A stretch of DNA of 64,000 bases, from the NCBI RefSeq assembly GCF_009914755.1, contig NC_060946.1; one strand, 5' to 3'. Source of the DNA: the human T2T-CHM13v2.0 reference genome, Homo sapiens. This document shows positions 42,686 through 56,607 of the stretch, piece after piece. The notes below the pieces were generated by a model. It had not been told where the DNA came from. It worked only from the letters and a program-made list of their open reading frames with translations, and did not search any database. Position 1 is the first letter of the stretch. Every line of letters starts with the position of its first letter. The translations under genes were made by a program, and so were the position numbers.

Positions 42686-45600
42686 ACGCCTGTTCCCCCA
42701 TTCCCTGAGGGCCTGTTTAGTGCCAGGCCCTGAACTGCATGGGATGTTAAGTTGATCCAACATAGCTCTTGCTTTCAGGGAGCTCTCAGTTTGTGCCCAC
42801 TGTTCTCCTAGTGACGTGTGGTCTTGCAGGGCCACAGTGAAACGTGTTGGTTCAGATGCCTGGGTCAGAGGAGGGGCCTGGAAGAATGAGGGCTTAGAAT
42901 AATCTCAAGGAGTAAGGAAGGGCATTGCATCAGAGGGGAGCCAGGAAGTTGATTAGGGATTGGTTTGCAGAGTTATCAAGGAAGGGCTTGCAGAGGGGAG
43001 GGAATAGCATCAGCAAAGGCTCAGAATGTGGCAAGAACAGGAATGGGTCAGGGAGGTGTAGGTGCTTCACTCTGGCTAGAGGGGCTGGAAGGGTGGGGCC
43101 TGACCTGGGGGGATCAGCAGTTCCCACGTGGACCCTAGAGGCTGGTGGACTGGCTGGGAGCTGGCTGCCTGCTTCCAGGCATGAGGGCTGTGGCTTGACC
43201 TGGGGAAGAGGGATGAAGAGAGTGATGGAGGTGGGGTGAGAGGGCAGGTGAGCCTGCAAAGATGCAGCTCCCACCGCCTCTTCCCCAGGTACAGCCTTCA
43301 GTGCCCGCTGGCTAGTCCTGCCTCCGCCCCCGCCAGGCCCCTGTGGTGTGTGCCACCACTTCCTCCAGCTCCCTGGGCTCTCCCATCTCTGGGCTTTGCC
43401 ACAAGCTGTTCCCTTCCCAGGAGCACCCTTCCTACCCGGTAGGCCTGGCCCATGAGAAGGGATTTTACTACTTTCCAAATAAGGAAAGAGAGGTCCACGG
43501 GCAGCCAAGGCTTACCCCGGGTCACTGCCAGGCAAGAGGCCTGAGTCTTGTGCTCTTCACCACCAGCTCCCTGCCTGCCTGGACCTCAGGTTTTCTGTCT
43601 CTGAAAATGGGCTGACAATCCCTGCCCCCTACTCAGGCCACACAGGTAGTAAGAAAGAGTTTGGAGAACCATCGAGGAGAAAGCATTGAGGGACATGTGG
43701 TCCCTAGTATCCCCAGGCTTGCCTCTCACAGGAGGTGACATTGGAGGCGTGCATCCCAAAGGACAGGCTGGAGTGTTGGTGGCTGGTGGCGTGCCCAGGA
43801 TCCCGGGCAGCCAGCTTATCTCCATCCATGCCAGGGTTCCCGTGGCCTGGGGCAGGAGGACCTCTTTATCTCTCTGCAGCAGTAGCTTTTTCTAAAGAGG
43901 TGAAGCAGGAGGCAGGGCCACATGCCCCGTCCCAGGGCCAGCCTCTGGGGCTGTTTCTGGGAGAGACAAAGGCTTCCATCCCTTTCACATGCTCAGGGCG
44001 TCCTTGGCCCTGGATCAGGCCTCTTGGCCTATCTGGGGCCCAGTAGCAGGTGAGGTCCCCCCTGGACCCCTACCAGACTCCCCCTCCACCTAGGACCTTC
44101 TTCTAGGCCGCTCCCCTTAACCTTCCTGGACACCCACCCTTGTGCCTCTCCCCTGCTTCAAGTGGAGCACCCAACTGCCAAGCCCCATCTGCCTCCCCGA
44201 CCACGTCCCCTCCTCCCTTCCTGCCGACTCCCAGCCACAGCCACAGCCACAGCCACATGACCTCTGGCCCCCTTCCAGCTCTCCAGGGCCTGGTCCTCCC
44301 CCATTCCCTCACATCCACGCAGGCTGTGCTCTCAGCCCAGCCTACCCTGGCTTTGCTTCCCACCTGCTTCCCTGGGCGGGCGGCCAGCTCTGCCCACCTT
44401 CTCAGCTCCTCTGCAGTCCCTCGGCGCTCTGTGGGGCCCTGTACCACAGTCCACACTCCCTTGGGGTTAGCTCCCTGCACTTTGCCTCTCCTGGCCCTCT
44501 CCCCACTCACCCTCCCTCCTTGCCCCTGTGAGAGCGGGGCAGGGCTGCATCTCCATTTTACAGAGGGGAGCCCAGGGCCCGAGAGGCTTACCCAGTACCA
44601 CCCAGCTGCTCAATGGCAGCCTCACACCAGCACAGCCTGCCGCCCGCAGCCTGTCATGTCCCTCGCCCCCACGGGGATGCATCTTGAGTGGGTGTGGCCT
44701 CCACCTTCCCTGGAGGCCAGGTGCTCTGGACTTGGTTCCCAAGAGCTGGGATGTTGGGTCAGAGCAACGAGGCCGGGGCAGTCAGTGTCTACGGTCCTGG
44801 TGGTTGTGGCAGGCACGGTGCCTGCTGCTTCCTAGGTTCTTCCATTCGGAGGAGCTGCATCAGCCAGCCATTGCCACAAACGTGCTGCTTAACAAACCAC
44901 CCGAAAACCTAGGGGCTGAAAACCATGCTCATTTCTTCCCACAGACCAGCAGGTCGGCTGAGTTTAGCTGCTAGAGGCTCAGCTAGGCTTTGTCACTCCT
45001 CCGAGGACTGGATAGGGATCAGGCTGTCGTGGCTGGGTGGCTCGGCTCTGTGCCACAGCCTGCCATGTTCCTTCTGGGACCAGCAGCTGGCCCGGGCATG
45101 CTTTCCTCCTGGCAATGGCAGACACATGAGAGACCAGGCAGAAGGCATGAGGCCCTGGCTCAGAATGGGCAGGCTGCCACTTCCATCGAAGCAGGCCCTG
45201 TGGCCTTGACAGTGACATGGGACAGCCCTGCAAAGTGTGTGGGTGCAGAATTGGGCCGATGGTGGGATCTCCCACGGGCAGTGTGGACGAATGTGCTAGC
45301 AAATCCTCATGTTGGGTCTTGGAGTTAGGAACTCTTCCCATCCCCACTTCCACAGAGGAAACAGTTGAGAGAGGCACAGAAGTCTGGCCCAGAGCACACA
45401 GTGAGTTAGGGTCCTCCCTGTTTCCCTCCTGTGGAGCCAGTGTGAGTCTCTGGGAGATGGAGGGGTGGCAGGGCTCAGTGGGGTTGAAGCCAAGGCTGAG
45501 ACTGGGGTCAGAGCCTGCCTCGGGAAGGCAAGGCACTGAAATGTGAGCGGTGAGGAGAGAAGGCGGAGGAAGGGGGCAGGCAGGACCACCTGCGGGCTGA

Positions 45601-46692
45601 GGGCCTGGGGCTCGGAACCCAGCTCAGAGCCACTCTGGGGTGCCCCTGGGCTGCAGGGCCTCTGCTCAATCTGTTGCACCATCCAAGCCCCAGTTACAAG
45701 ACGGGAACAAACGTGCAGACTTCCATGTTGCTGTGTGCAGCCGCTTTGCTGAATCCACTGATTTTAGAACTTACTTCTGAATATGAGTCAGATTAGATGT
45801 GGGGGAAAAGCAGCAGCCTCTTAGCTCAGACTCCAAGAATGAATTTTTACAGCATATTGTGGGCAATCTCTGCTGCAGGAATGTGTAATCAAAATGCTGA
45901 AGAGGTCGTCAGCTGAGGAGGGCGGGAACACCAGCCCTTGCTGAAGGTGGGCCTCTGCGGAATTGTTATCTTGGCAGAGTAGCCTCTTGAAATTGGATTT
46001 CTCATTATCAGACCCTCTTTGCTGATGGTGTTTATGTGAGATAATTATTCATTGTGGGCACGGAAGTTAAGGATGGAGGGAGAGAGGATCATTCGCTCCC
46101 AGAAATAAAATCCCCGGAGCCAGGAATCCTTGGCGTCCTTCCACGTTAAATTACTTTCCCCAGGAGGATTTGCACGTATCCTCCCGGGTTGTAACCTTCT
46201 CTCAGCTCCGTGGAAGGTGGTAGTTTTATCTTCATCTCAAGCCACACGCGGAAGAAAAATCTCTGGACAGAGCATCATGAGATAGCTCTGGAGCCAGGGT
46301 CAGCTCTTACTGGGGGATGATCTTTTGTTCAGATTGAGTGTCATTGAGGAAGAGTGTGACAAACAGAAGCAGATGTCATAATTTTCAGTGTCGATAGCAA
46401 TTCCCAAAGCATAAGCTCTATGAGGGCAGGAGGTCTGGTCTGTTTTGAGCACTGGTTGTATGGCTAGCACATAGTAGATGACAAGTATTTTTTTAAATAA
46501 GTGAATGAACGAAGTGTTTCCAAAACATTGGTCCCAGGAGGTGTTCTGTGACAAATGGGTTCTATGAATAAATAACTTGGGGAAACATGTCTAGTCTTGA
46601 AGGTTCATGAGACCCACCAACACATTCAAGGCTCTAATAAGTCCTGCAGTGAAGGACTTCCATAGTATTTTATTTAATCCAACAATTTCTAA

Positions 46693-47376
<684 letters not shown>

Positions 47377-48988
47377 TGTTTCTTCTTGTTGGCTGACTAC
47401 AGAGGAGCGGCCCTGCTGCTGCTGCTGGGCACCCTGCCCATACACTCCTTTCCATCTGGGACCCGCCCTCCATCTTCATGTCCCCAAGTGGAGAAGGACT
47501 CTGCTCACCCACTTCCAGCTCCTGTGTCTTCATCATCCTCACCTTCAAATCTTGCTTTGTGGCTTCAATTCTGTGTCCGTCATCACATTGGACGCACATG
47601 GCAGCCTTGGAGAGGAAGGCAGACAGGTGTATCATCCCCGTGACACAGATGAGGCACCTGAGGCCCAGCCAGGATGTGTGACTTGTCCGAGGTCAGACAC
47701 TTAGTGGCAGGGATGGGGGTGGCAGTACACAGACATCCAAGCTAGATCCCAAGAGTCCTCTTGCTCGGGCCATCCAGCAGGTGGCTGGAGGTGGCCTGGG
47801 CCAGGCTGGCGTTTCTGGATGAGTCTTGCCTGGCCTTGCTCATCCACCGCTTGGCCAACCTGGCCTCTTGGCCCCTGGCGGGTTGCCATGGGAACTGCCC
47901 TGTCCTGGTGGGGCTGGTGTGGCCAGGCAGATAGGGAGGGAACGGGACCAGCACAGCTGACCCCCGGGCTGGGATGTCCACCCCCTCTAGTGGATCTACG
48001 GGTGGCTAAGACATTGAAGGGAGGACCTGTTTGAGGTCACAGTGAACCAGGAGTTCATCCCTCTTCACCCACACCAGGCTGCTGCCCTAAGGCAAAGGGC
48101 TGGGACCTACTCTGCTTGTAGACGAGGCCCAAGGGAGAAGCTAGAATGGAAAGGGAGGGGACCTACTGTGGGAGGGCCGGCAGGCTCCTGGGCTCTCACC
48201 ATATCCTGTAGCAAGGCACAGGGGAACTGTGGTGAGCCCACTTTGCAGGGGAGCAAGGGGAGGCCCTGGGCAGGGACTAAGCTGAGCTCTGAATCACTGG
48301 GGGACCTGACTGATGCCCGGGCGCTCTCCACCCTAAAGGGAGCCATATCTGAGACTGCACCCCAGGCAAGGGGTGGCGGAAAGGACAGCCACCTGGGTGG
48401 GGACCGCTCCAGTCTCTAGCCTGCTTTGCATGAGCATTGGAGCGGACAGACCTGGTTTGAGCGCTTTCTGTCTCGTGAGCTCCAGTGAGCCCCTTGGCTC
48501 CTCTGAGCCTTGATTTCCTCACTGTGCTTTGCCCTGGGAAACAGCTGTTCTCAAAGGTGCTCTGCCACCCCAGGCCCTTGCTCCTTTCCCTGGGTAGTTC
48601 TCCCTGCCTGGCGGGACTCACCACCAGGCTTCACCTCCACCAGGAAGCCTTCCCTGATCCCTATTGGGTATCCTCCTTGGCGATTGCCTTTTTCACGGGC
48701 AGTGGCCCCTGGACGCAAGCGTGTGCCCAGTGTGGTATAGCACCTGCTCAGAGTGGGGCCTGTGAGTGGCTGAGGAATGAGACATGGATTGCTTGTGTGA
48801 CAGAGTGAGCTGTAGGGAGATGCTGGATGACCACGGATTGTGGTCGTGGTGAGGGATGCCCACCTTGGATGGGAGTTTAGGCTCATGATGGACATCACAG
48901 ACAACAGGAAGGGCTTGGCACTTGGGACCCAAGGCCTGGCCTGGGGCTGCTGCTTGTGCCCACATCTGATAGGGCCTTGTCATCATAG

Positions 48989-49061
48989 CTGCACAACGTC
49001 ACCCTGGCGCTGGAGCTGCTGAAGGACGAGGGCCTGCTCAGCTGCCCTGTCAGCCCTGAAG
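48989..49061 (+). CDS. PARVG: Gamma-parvin coding exon 11: LHNVTLALELLKDEGLLSCPVSPE(D)
   Basis: gtcatcatag / AAG|gtgagt; 73 nt; paralogous to 7022-7094. Confidence 0.95.
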
Positions 49062-49548
49062 GTGAGTGCAAGGCAGATGCCCACACGGTGGCCAGCCCTG
49101 GGTGGCAGCCTTGTGCGAGAGCCACAGAACAGGGTGCAGGGCATTGGGGGATGAGCACGCATTGGCAGAGTCCTCTTGCCTGGCAGGGGTGGAGAATGGG
49201 CGCTTGCCAAGGTTTCTTGGGAGGGGGCACTGCAGCCCCAGGGGAAGAGGTTCTGGGGAGGGGGAGACCAAGGTCTCTGGGGACAGGTTGTCCAGAGAAG
49301 CCAGACCTTGAGGAGTTGCTGTGTTGGGGGCACCACAGGAGCATTCAGAGGAGGACTGGCCAGGAGGAGGAGGCAGTCACGCAGCAGGCGCGGGACCCAG
49401 GCCTGGAGTGACCAGCTGTCCTGGCTTCCAGGGATTCTCCTGGGATTAGCACTGAAATCCTGAATGCCAGGAAACCTTGACCACATCGGGACAGTCGGTC
49501 ACTGCCACCCAGGCCTGACTGGCTGCCCTGCCCTCCTTTGGCCCGCAG

Positions 49549-49658
49549 ATATCGTGAACAAGGATGCCAAGAGCACACTGCGGGTGCTCTATGGTCTGTT
49601 CTGCAAGCACACGCAGAAGGCACACAGGGACAGGACGCCCCATGGAGCCCCGAATTGA
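49549..49658 (+). CDS. PARVG: Gamma-parvin last coding exon: (D)IVNKDAKSTLRVLYGLFCKHTQKAHRDRTPHGAPN*
   Basis: tttggcccgcag acceptor; TGA 49656-49658; exon lengths total 331 codons plus stop. Confidence 0.96.
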
Positions 49659-49864
49659 CCCTCACTGCCTCCAAAGCCCAGAGCCTGCCTGTCAGCCCAG
49701 CTGGAGGGCCCGAGGCTGCAGGGTGTCCTCCCACAGTCCCGCTGTTTCCTGTGCATTCGTGACCCGCTTCCCTCCCACCCTGTCTCCTGTCTCCATCGTT
49801 GGATTATCTTTGAACCCCCTTGTGTGGATCATTTTGAGCCGCCTGGCCTTGCTCAGTTTATTTT

Positions 49865-49870
49865 AATAAA
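49865..49870 (+). terminator. PARVG: PARVG poly(A) signal AATAAA
   Basis: tttatttttAATAAAagt about 205 nt after the stop codon. Confidence 0.8.
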
Positions 49871-50448
49871 AGTATTTCTGGGAGGGATTCTGGGAACTTG
49901 ACAGGGTCCTGAGGAGGGCCCTTAAACCTGCAGCCTCCCTCCCATGGGGTGAGTGTGTGTCACATCAGTCTCTCATCTCTGGGCCCAGGCTAGTGACCGC
50001 CCAGAGAGGTGGCATCACTCAGGGCTGGGGACTCTCAGGGACAGGGCCCACAGCCCCAGACCCCACCTTTTCCAGCCCAGCTCCCCACACCCACCTGCTT
50101 CTCACTCGGGAGGATGGGCCCCAGAGTCACCCTCCAGGGCAGGAGCCCGAATGGCTCCATAGCCATGCCCCCACCCACCGGGAGAAGTGGATTCAGTGAC
50201 TGTCAAAGCAACCCGGGCTGTGTCCTGCAGCTGCCCTCGTGAGTTTTGCCCAAAAGTCACAAAGAAGCAATCTTCGTGGTTGATTAGTGGGTTCAGGTCA
50301 TCTCCAGTCTGTCCTCGGGAGCTGTGGGTTCCCACTCGCTCCAGTGAGACTTGGCATTTTCTGCACATAAAGAAGAGTCGTGTGGGAGAATTGCACATAG
50401 TCAGTCCAGGGCATCCAGAGTGGGGCAGAGCTGATGGCTGATGGGAAC

Positions 50449-50750
50449 CGGGGAGGAGGCTGGCGGGGAGGGGTGAGATTGGTGGGGAGGGCTGGGGCTG
50501 GCCGGGAGGGGTGGGACTGATGGGGAGGGGTGAGGCTGGCGGGGAGGGGTGAGGCTGGCGGGGAGGGGTGGGACTGGTGGGGAGGAGTGAGGCTAGTGGG
50601 TGGGTGAGGCTGGCGGGGAGGGGAGGGTTTGTGGGGACGGGTGAGGCTGGCGGGGAGGGGTGAGGCTGGTGGGGAGGGCTGGGGCCTGGTGGGGAGGAGT
50701 GGGACTTGTGGGGAGGAGTGGGACTTGTGGGGAGGGGTGAGGCTGGGGAG
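50449..50750. repeat. G-rich ~19-bp minisatellite (ggggaggggtgaggctggc), about 16 copies
   Basis: Directly visible tandem units, each with G4-G4 or G4-G3 runs. Confidence 0.92.
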
Positions 50751-51439
50751 AAGGGCAACCACAGCCCCAGGCTGCTGCTCCTCCCTGGACCCTGAAGAGG
50801 CCTCTGGGTCTGGGGTTTTCACAGTTTGACAGCTGAGGCCTTGGGGAGGGGCTTTAGATGGGGGTTAGGGGCTAGGTCATCATTGACACCCACTGGGGGC
50901 GCCTAGGCAGATGTCCTTCGGGGGAGCAAGATGGGAGCCAGGGACGCAGTGCCAGGTCAGCCCTGGGAGCTGGTGTCTGGGTGTGAGAAGGCCTTGAGGG
51001 GTCTTCCCTTCACCTAGCCTCCCATCTGCCTGCCCCTCTCAGCTCCCAATTCACAGGGCAAACCCAAGCCCATAAGCGTGTTCCACGTGAGCACTCAGAT
51101 GCACCCCTCTTCATGGATACCCACCCTACTTCCCGGCTGCCTCTGGGAAACGTGCATCCTCCCACACCAGGTACCTGGAGCCCAGCTCCTTCCACCTGCT
51201 CAGGTGCCCCCTCCATTGCGATGCCCCCTCCAGCACCTCAAATCCTCTCCTGGAGCTTCTGGGGACACAGGCTCAGCCTCTCTCAGCTGGCTTCATCCCA
51301 AAAGCCTGAAATCCAGCCCCACTTCCTGGGGCCTTTGAGTCCTCACTTGCTTGGGCCCCATCCGCTGCAGGCTGGCTCTGCCTGGCTGTTCCACGTCCTC
51401 ACTCTTGTTCTATTTGACAGCAATTAAAAAAAAAGTGAC

Positions 51440-54400
51440 TTATTTAATTACTGTAGCTTTATTGAAAAATAACTTCCCAGTTTGAAGTGTACAATTTGAT
51501 GAGTTTTGACAAATGCATGCAGTCATATAACCACCACCATCGTTATCCAGACATGGGACATTCCCATCACCATGCAAGTTTCTGCATCTGTCTGCAGCCA
51601 GTTCCCTTCTCCCAGCCCCTGGCCCTGGGGACCACTGATCTGTTTTCTGTCACCATCATTTAGACTTGTCTAGAATTTCTTATAAACTGTATCCTATGGT
51701 ATGTTGCTTTTTGTGTCTGATTTCTTTCACTTAGCATAATGCTATTGAGAGTATCTCCATTGTTTCTTGTATCAACAACTCATGTCCTTAGTACATTCAA
51801 AAATAAGTCCTCCAATTTTGTTCTTCATTTCAAAAATTATTTTGGTTTTTCTAGGTCTTTTTAATTCTTTTGGTTTCTACATAAAATTTAGAATCAGTTT
51901 GTCATTTTCTGCAAAAAAGCCTGCTGAAATTTTGACTGGAATTGTGTTCTTTAGATCAAACTGGGGAAAACTGACATCTTAAAAATATTGGGGAGCTAAG
52001 ATCACTGATTTGAGAATATTTTTCTTTTATATAAATATTTAATGCTGGATTTTTTTTTCTAAGCACAGCTTTAGCTGCATCCCACAGATACTAATATGTT
52101 GTGTTTTCACCTTCATGAAGTTCAAAATATCTTCTAGTTTCAAATGTGACTTCCTCTTTCACTCATGGGTTATTTAGAAGTGTATAATTTCCAAATATTT
52201 TGGGATTTTTTTTCCAGCTATCTTTTGGCATTGGGTTTTGTTGTGGTCAGAGAACATGCTTTGTATGATTTAAATCACTTAAAATGCATTATGACTTGTT
52301 TTATGTACTGGATTATGGTCTATCTTGGTAAATATTCTGTATGCACTTGAAAAAGAATGTGTGCTCTGCTGTTGTTGGACAAAATGTTTCATAAATGTCA
52401 ATTAGGTCAAGTGGGTTGATTATGTTGTTCAGATCTTCTATATCCTTGCTAATTTTCTCTCTACTACTTCTGTCAATTACCAAGACAGAAGTGTTAAAAT
52501 CTTCAACTGTAACTGTACATTTCACTATTTCCCCTTTCAGTTCTATCAATTTTTGTTTCATACCTCATATAAGATTATAATATCCTTTTGTCTCATTTAT
52601 CCCTTGTAATATCTCTTACTCTGAAATCTGCTTTGTCTGATATTAATATAGCCACTCAAACTTTCTGTTAGTATTAGCATGGTATATCTTTTTCTATATT
52701 TTTAAACTGCGTCTGTTTAAAGTAGGTTTCTTATAGACACAAATAATTGTGTCTTTTTATACAATCTGGAAACCTCTGCCTTTTAATTAGAGGGTTTAGT
52801 CCACTTACATTTTTTATTGTGGCAAAATATACATAGCACAAAATTAACCGTTTTAGCCATTTTAAGTGTACAATTCAGTGGCATTAAGTACATTCATACT
52901 GTTGTGCAACCATCACCTCCATCCATCTCCAGAACTTTTTCATCGACCCAAACTGAGACTCTGCACCCAGGAAATACTAACTCTCCATTCTCCCCTCCCT
53001 CAGGCCATGGTAACCACTATTTCTCCCCTCCCTCAGACCACGGTAACCACTATTCTACTTGCTGTCTCTGTGAATTTGACTATTCTAGGTACCTCTAGTC
53101 CATTTACATTTAATGGAATTATTAATGCCATCTTGCTGTTTGCCTTGTTCATATGTTTTTCTTATTCCTTTTGGATTGAAGACTTTTTAGCGATGTGAAT
53201 TTATTTCCATTATTGGCTTACCAACTGTATTTCGTTATTTTCATTTCCTAGGGGTTGCTCTAGACTTTATATACACATCTGCATTCATATCCTGTCATTG
53301 CTGTAACAAATTACCACAAACTTCTTGGCTTAAAACAGCAGAAATTTATTCTCCCACAATTCTGGAGGCTAGATGTCTGAAATTAAGGTGTTGGAAGGGT
53401 CACGTTCCCTCTGGAGGTTCTAGAGGGAAAGCTGTATCTTGACTCTTCAAGCTCCTGGTGGCTACCAGCATCTCTGGGCTTGTGGATGCATCACTTTAAT
53501 ATCTACCTTCACAGTCACTTTGCTTCTTTCTCCTTTCTCTGTCTATCCCTCCTCTGTGTCTCTCTTATAAGGGCGCTTGTCATGAGATTTAGGACCCACC
53601 TAGATAATCCACGATTATGTAATCTCAAGATCCTTAATTTAATTATATCTGCAAAAACTTTTTTCCATGATTATCTAATCTCAAGATCCTTAATTTAATT
53701 GTATCTGCAAAAACCTTTTTCCCAAAGAAGTTAACATTCACAGGTTCTGGGGATTAGCATGTGGACAAATCCTTTTGGTCACCATTTAATCTACTATAAC
53801 ATCTTAACTTATTACAGTCTACCTTTAAGTAATATTACTTCCATTTTACTCTTCTGTGTCCTATTGTTGTCATGTGTCTCATTTCTATAGAATAAATTTC
53901 ACAATATATTATTTTTGCTTAAAAATGTCAATTGTCTTCTTTTGAGACAGGGTCTCACTCTGTCACCCAGACTGCAGTGCTCACTGCAGCCTCGACCTCC
54001 CGGGCTCAATTGATCCTCCCACCTCAGCCTTCTCAGTTGCTGGGGCTACAGGCATGCACCACCACACTTGGCTAACTTTTTTAGAATTTTTTTTTTTTTT
54101 TTTTGTAGAGATGAGGTCTCCTTATGTTGTCCAGGCTGGTTTCCAGCTCCTGGCCTCAAGTGATCCACTTGCCTTGGCCTCCCAGTATGCTGGGATTACA
54201 GGCATGAGTCACAGTGTCCAGCCACATCGATTGCCTTTTAAAGAGTTTTTTTTTTTTAATTGAGAAGAAAGTCTTTTATATTTACCCACATACTTATTAC
54301 TCCTGGTGCTCATCGTTTCTTCTTCCATTTGGTATCATTTTCTTCCTGCCTAAAAGACTTTCTTTATCATTTTGTGTAGTGTTGGTTATATGTTAGTGAG

Positions 54401-54830
54401 CTTGTGTACCTACAGAAATAGATTCAGTATTGGTCCTTCCCACTCCAAACAGCTTTCCTGGCGATGCCTTCTGCTTCTAAAATTCCTGTCCCTCCTCCCT
54501 AAGGGTCACTCTCCAATCTCCACTGCAGCTCTAGCCCTGAGCTCCAGACCCACATTTCTTTCTTTTTTCTTTTCTTTTTTTTTTGTGTGTGGTAAAATAC
54601 ACATAACACAAAATGTACCATCTTACTATTTTTAAGTGTATTCAGCAGTATTAAGTACATTCCTATTATTGTGCAACTGTCACCACCCTCCATCCACAAA
54701 ACTCTTTGCATCTTGCAAAACTGAAACTCTGTATCCATTAAACAATAACTACCCCCATCTTCCTCCCCTAGCCCCTAGCCCCTAACAACCACTATTCTAC
54801 TTTCTGACCTAATCTATATTTTGAACTTCC
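51440..54830 (-). mobile_element. Mosaic of old antisense L1 fragments with nested MLT1-like LTR (~53280-53800) and Alu (~53940-54225)
   Basis: AT-rich L1-type text; the minus-strand ORF 52313-52561 resembles an L1 ORF2 endonuclease remnant (IELKGEI...FNTS...IDRSSREKISKDIEDLNN). Confidence 0.8.
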
Positions 54831-56607
54831 CAGGGCATAGCTGTGCCTGGGGTGCCCACCCCAAGCTCACCACATCCAAGTCAGAGCTTGCCCCGTTCCC
54901 TAATCTTCACTCTGGAACTTTCCAGCTGGCCTCCCTTTCGCAAGAAAGGGACTTCTTTCTTGTGACTTCACTTCTGCACCAGCAGCCAGAGTGCTTTTGT
55001 CCTTGGAACCCAGTCTCACTACCATCCTGCTCTAACCTTCCCAGGCCCCAACCTCCGGGCAGCGTCTGGACTCTGGGTGCTCTGGTGCTGCTGGCTTTGT
55101 GGTCCTCCTGCTCACTGTGTTCTGTCTCCGTCCCTGCCTCAACCTTTCCACACTGCTTCCAGTTATATCCCTGACATCTCTGCGATCTTTCCAAGTCTTT
55201 CTGATGCTGTTCCCTCTGCCCAAGATGCCCTCATCCCACCTGCCCCAGGAACTTGTCATTCAGAAAAGGAGTGGGGACATTCTTTGAGAAGAGAGTGGGG
55301 AAGAGGGTTCACCGTGGGACAAGGTGGATGCCTGGGGGCCCTGGGTGCCTGGGGGTGGGTGGAAGAAGTGGTTCCCACAAAGAAGTCTGAGACGAAGCAG
55401 GATCAGGGAGCCCTTTCCTCCCCTTATTTCACTATCCATGGCCTTCGCTCTTTTTCTCTCTTCCTCCATCCCAAGAAATCTGACTCCAGTAGAAGTTGCA
55501 GCCGAAGTTGGAAGCAGGATAATTATAGCAAGCTGAACAGGAAGGCGTCCAGGGCCAGAGAAGGAGCTGGCAGCTTGGGCTGGGTGTGCAAACAGCTTCG
55601 AAGCGAAGGGAAATGCCTCGAAGGCTGGGGTGCCTCGGAGTTGAGCTGCTTCCCAAAATAATCCAGAGGGCAGCTGTCTTGGAGTCTGAAACTGGGTCTG
55701 GCCGCCTGAGCTGCAGGAAGCCCCAGGACTCACACCAGCTCCACTCTGGGAACAGATGGAACTAAGATTTTTTTTTTTCTTTTTACCAAAGTCAGCTGGT
55801 AAGCGCACAGCTTGTCTAGAGAAAAGTGTGTTCCTGCCCCCATATCTTCTGGCAATGGATCAAAGCTGCCAGTGCCATCCCAACCCCCATCCCTGCCCCA
55901 CCAGCCTTCTTTCCTTGTAAGACTTGGGCAGTGGTGAGCAGAGGGGCATCATGGACCTAGGGACACATGGGATCCCCACCCCCTGGGGGTGTAGCCCAGG
56001 GAGTGTCCTGGGCCCCTAGGTCAATGGGGGACTGGGCTGAGGGGCCTGGCTGGTAAGAAAGTAGATGATGAAGATGTTCCAGAAATGATTCTTCCAAGAA
56101 GAGTCAGCCAATGGACCTGGGCTGGCCAACAATTGCATGAATTCATTTATTTATCCACAAGCATTTCATATGGGTTGGTTTATTATTACCTAGAAAGGTG
56201 ATGCATTAATACCTAGGTGGGTTTTTACAAAGGTACAAAATCATAGTGCACACACCATTCATAAGAGAACTTCTCCACCTACTGTGTGCAGGCCCAGGGC
56301 ACAGAGCTGGGTATAAAGAGAGTGCTCAGACCGAGGCTCTATCCCAGAGGAGGTGTAGCCCAGGGTGGAAGGGGCTGGGTGGTGCAGTGGTTAGAGTGTG
56401 ATGCTTGAGTCAGACCCTGGGGTGTGAATCCTGGGCAAATCCTCACCTCACTCTGTGACCCCAGGCAAATCACTTACCTCCCTAAGCCTCAGTTTCCTTC
56501 TATGTCAAATGGAGGCAATAAGGAATCTATTCTTCACAGGGCTATTTAAAAAGTTGAGTATCTGGAGAGCTTGAAGCTTGCTGGACACATAACATTCAAT
56601 AAATGTC

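Noticed and set aside
52313-52561. Endonuclease-like peptide
   Set aside because: Decayed L1 ORF2 fragment, not a functional gene.
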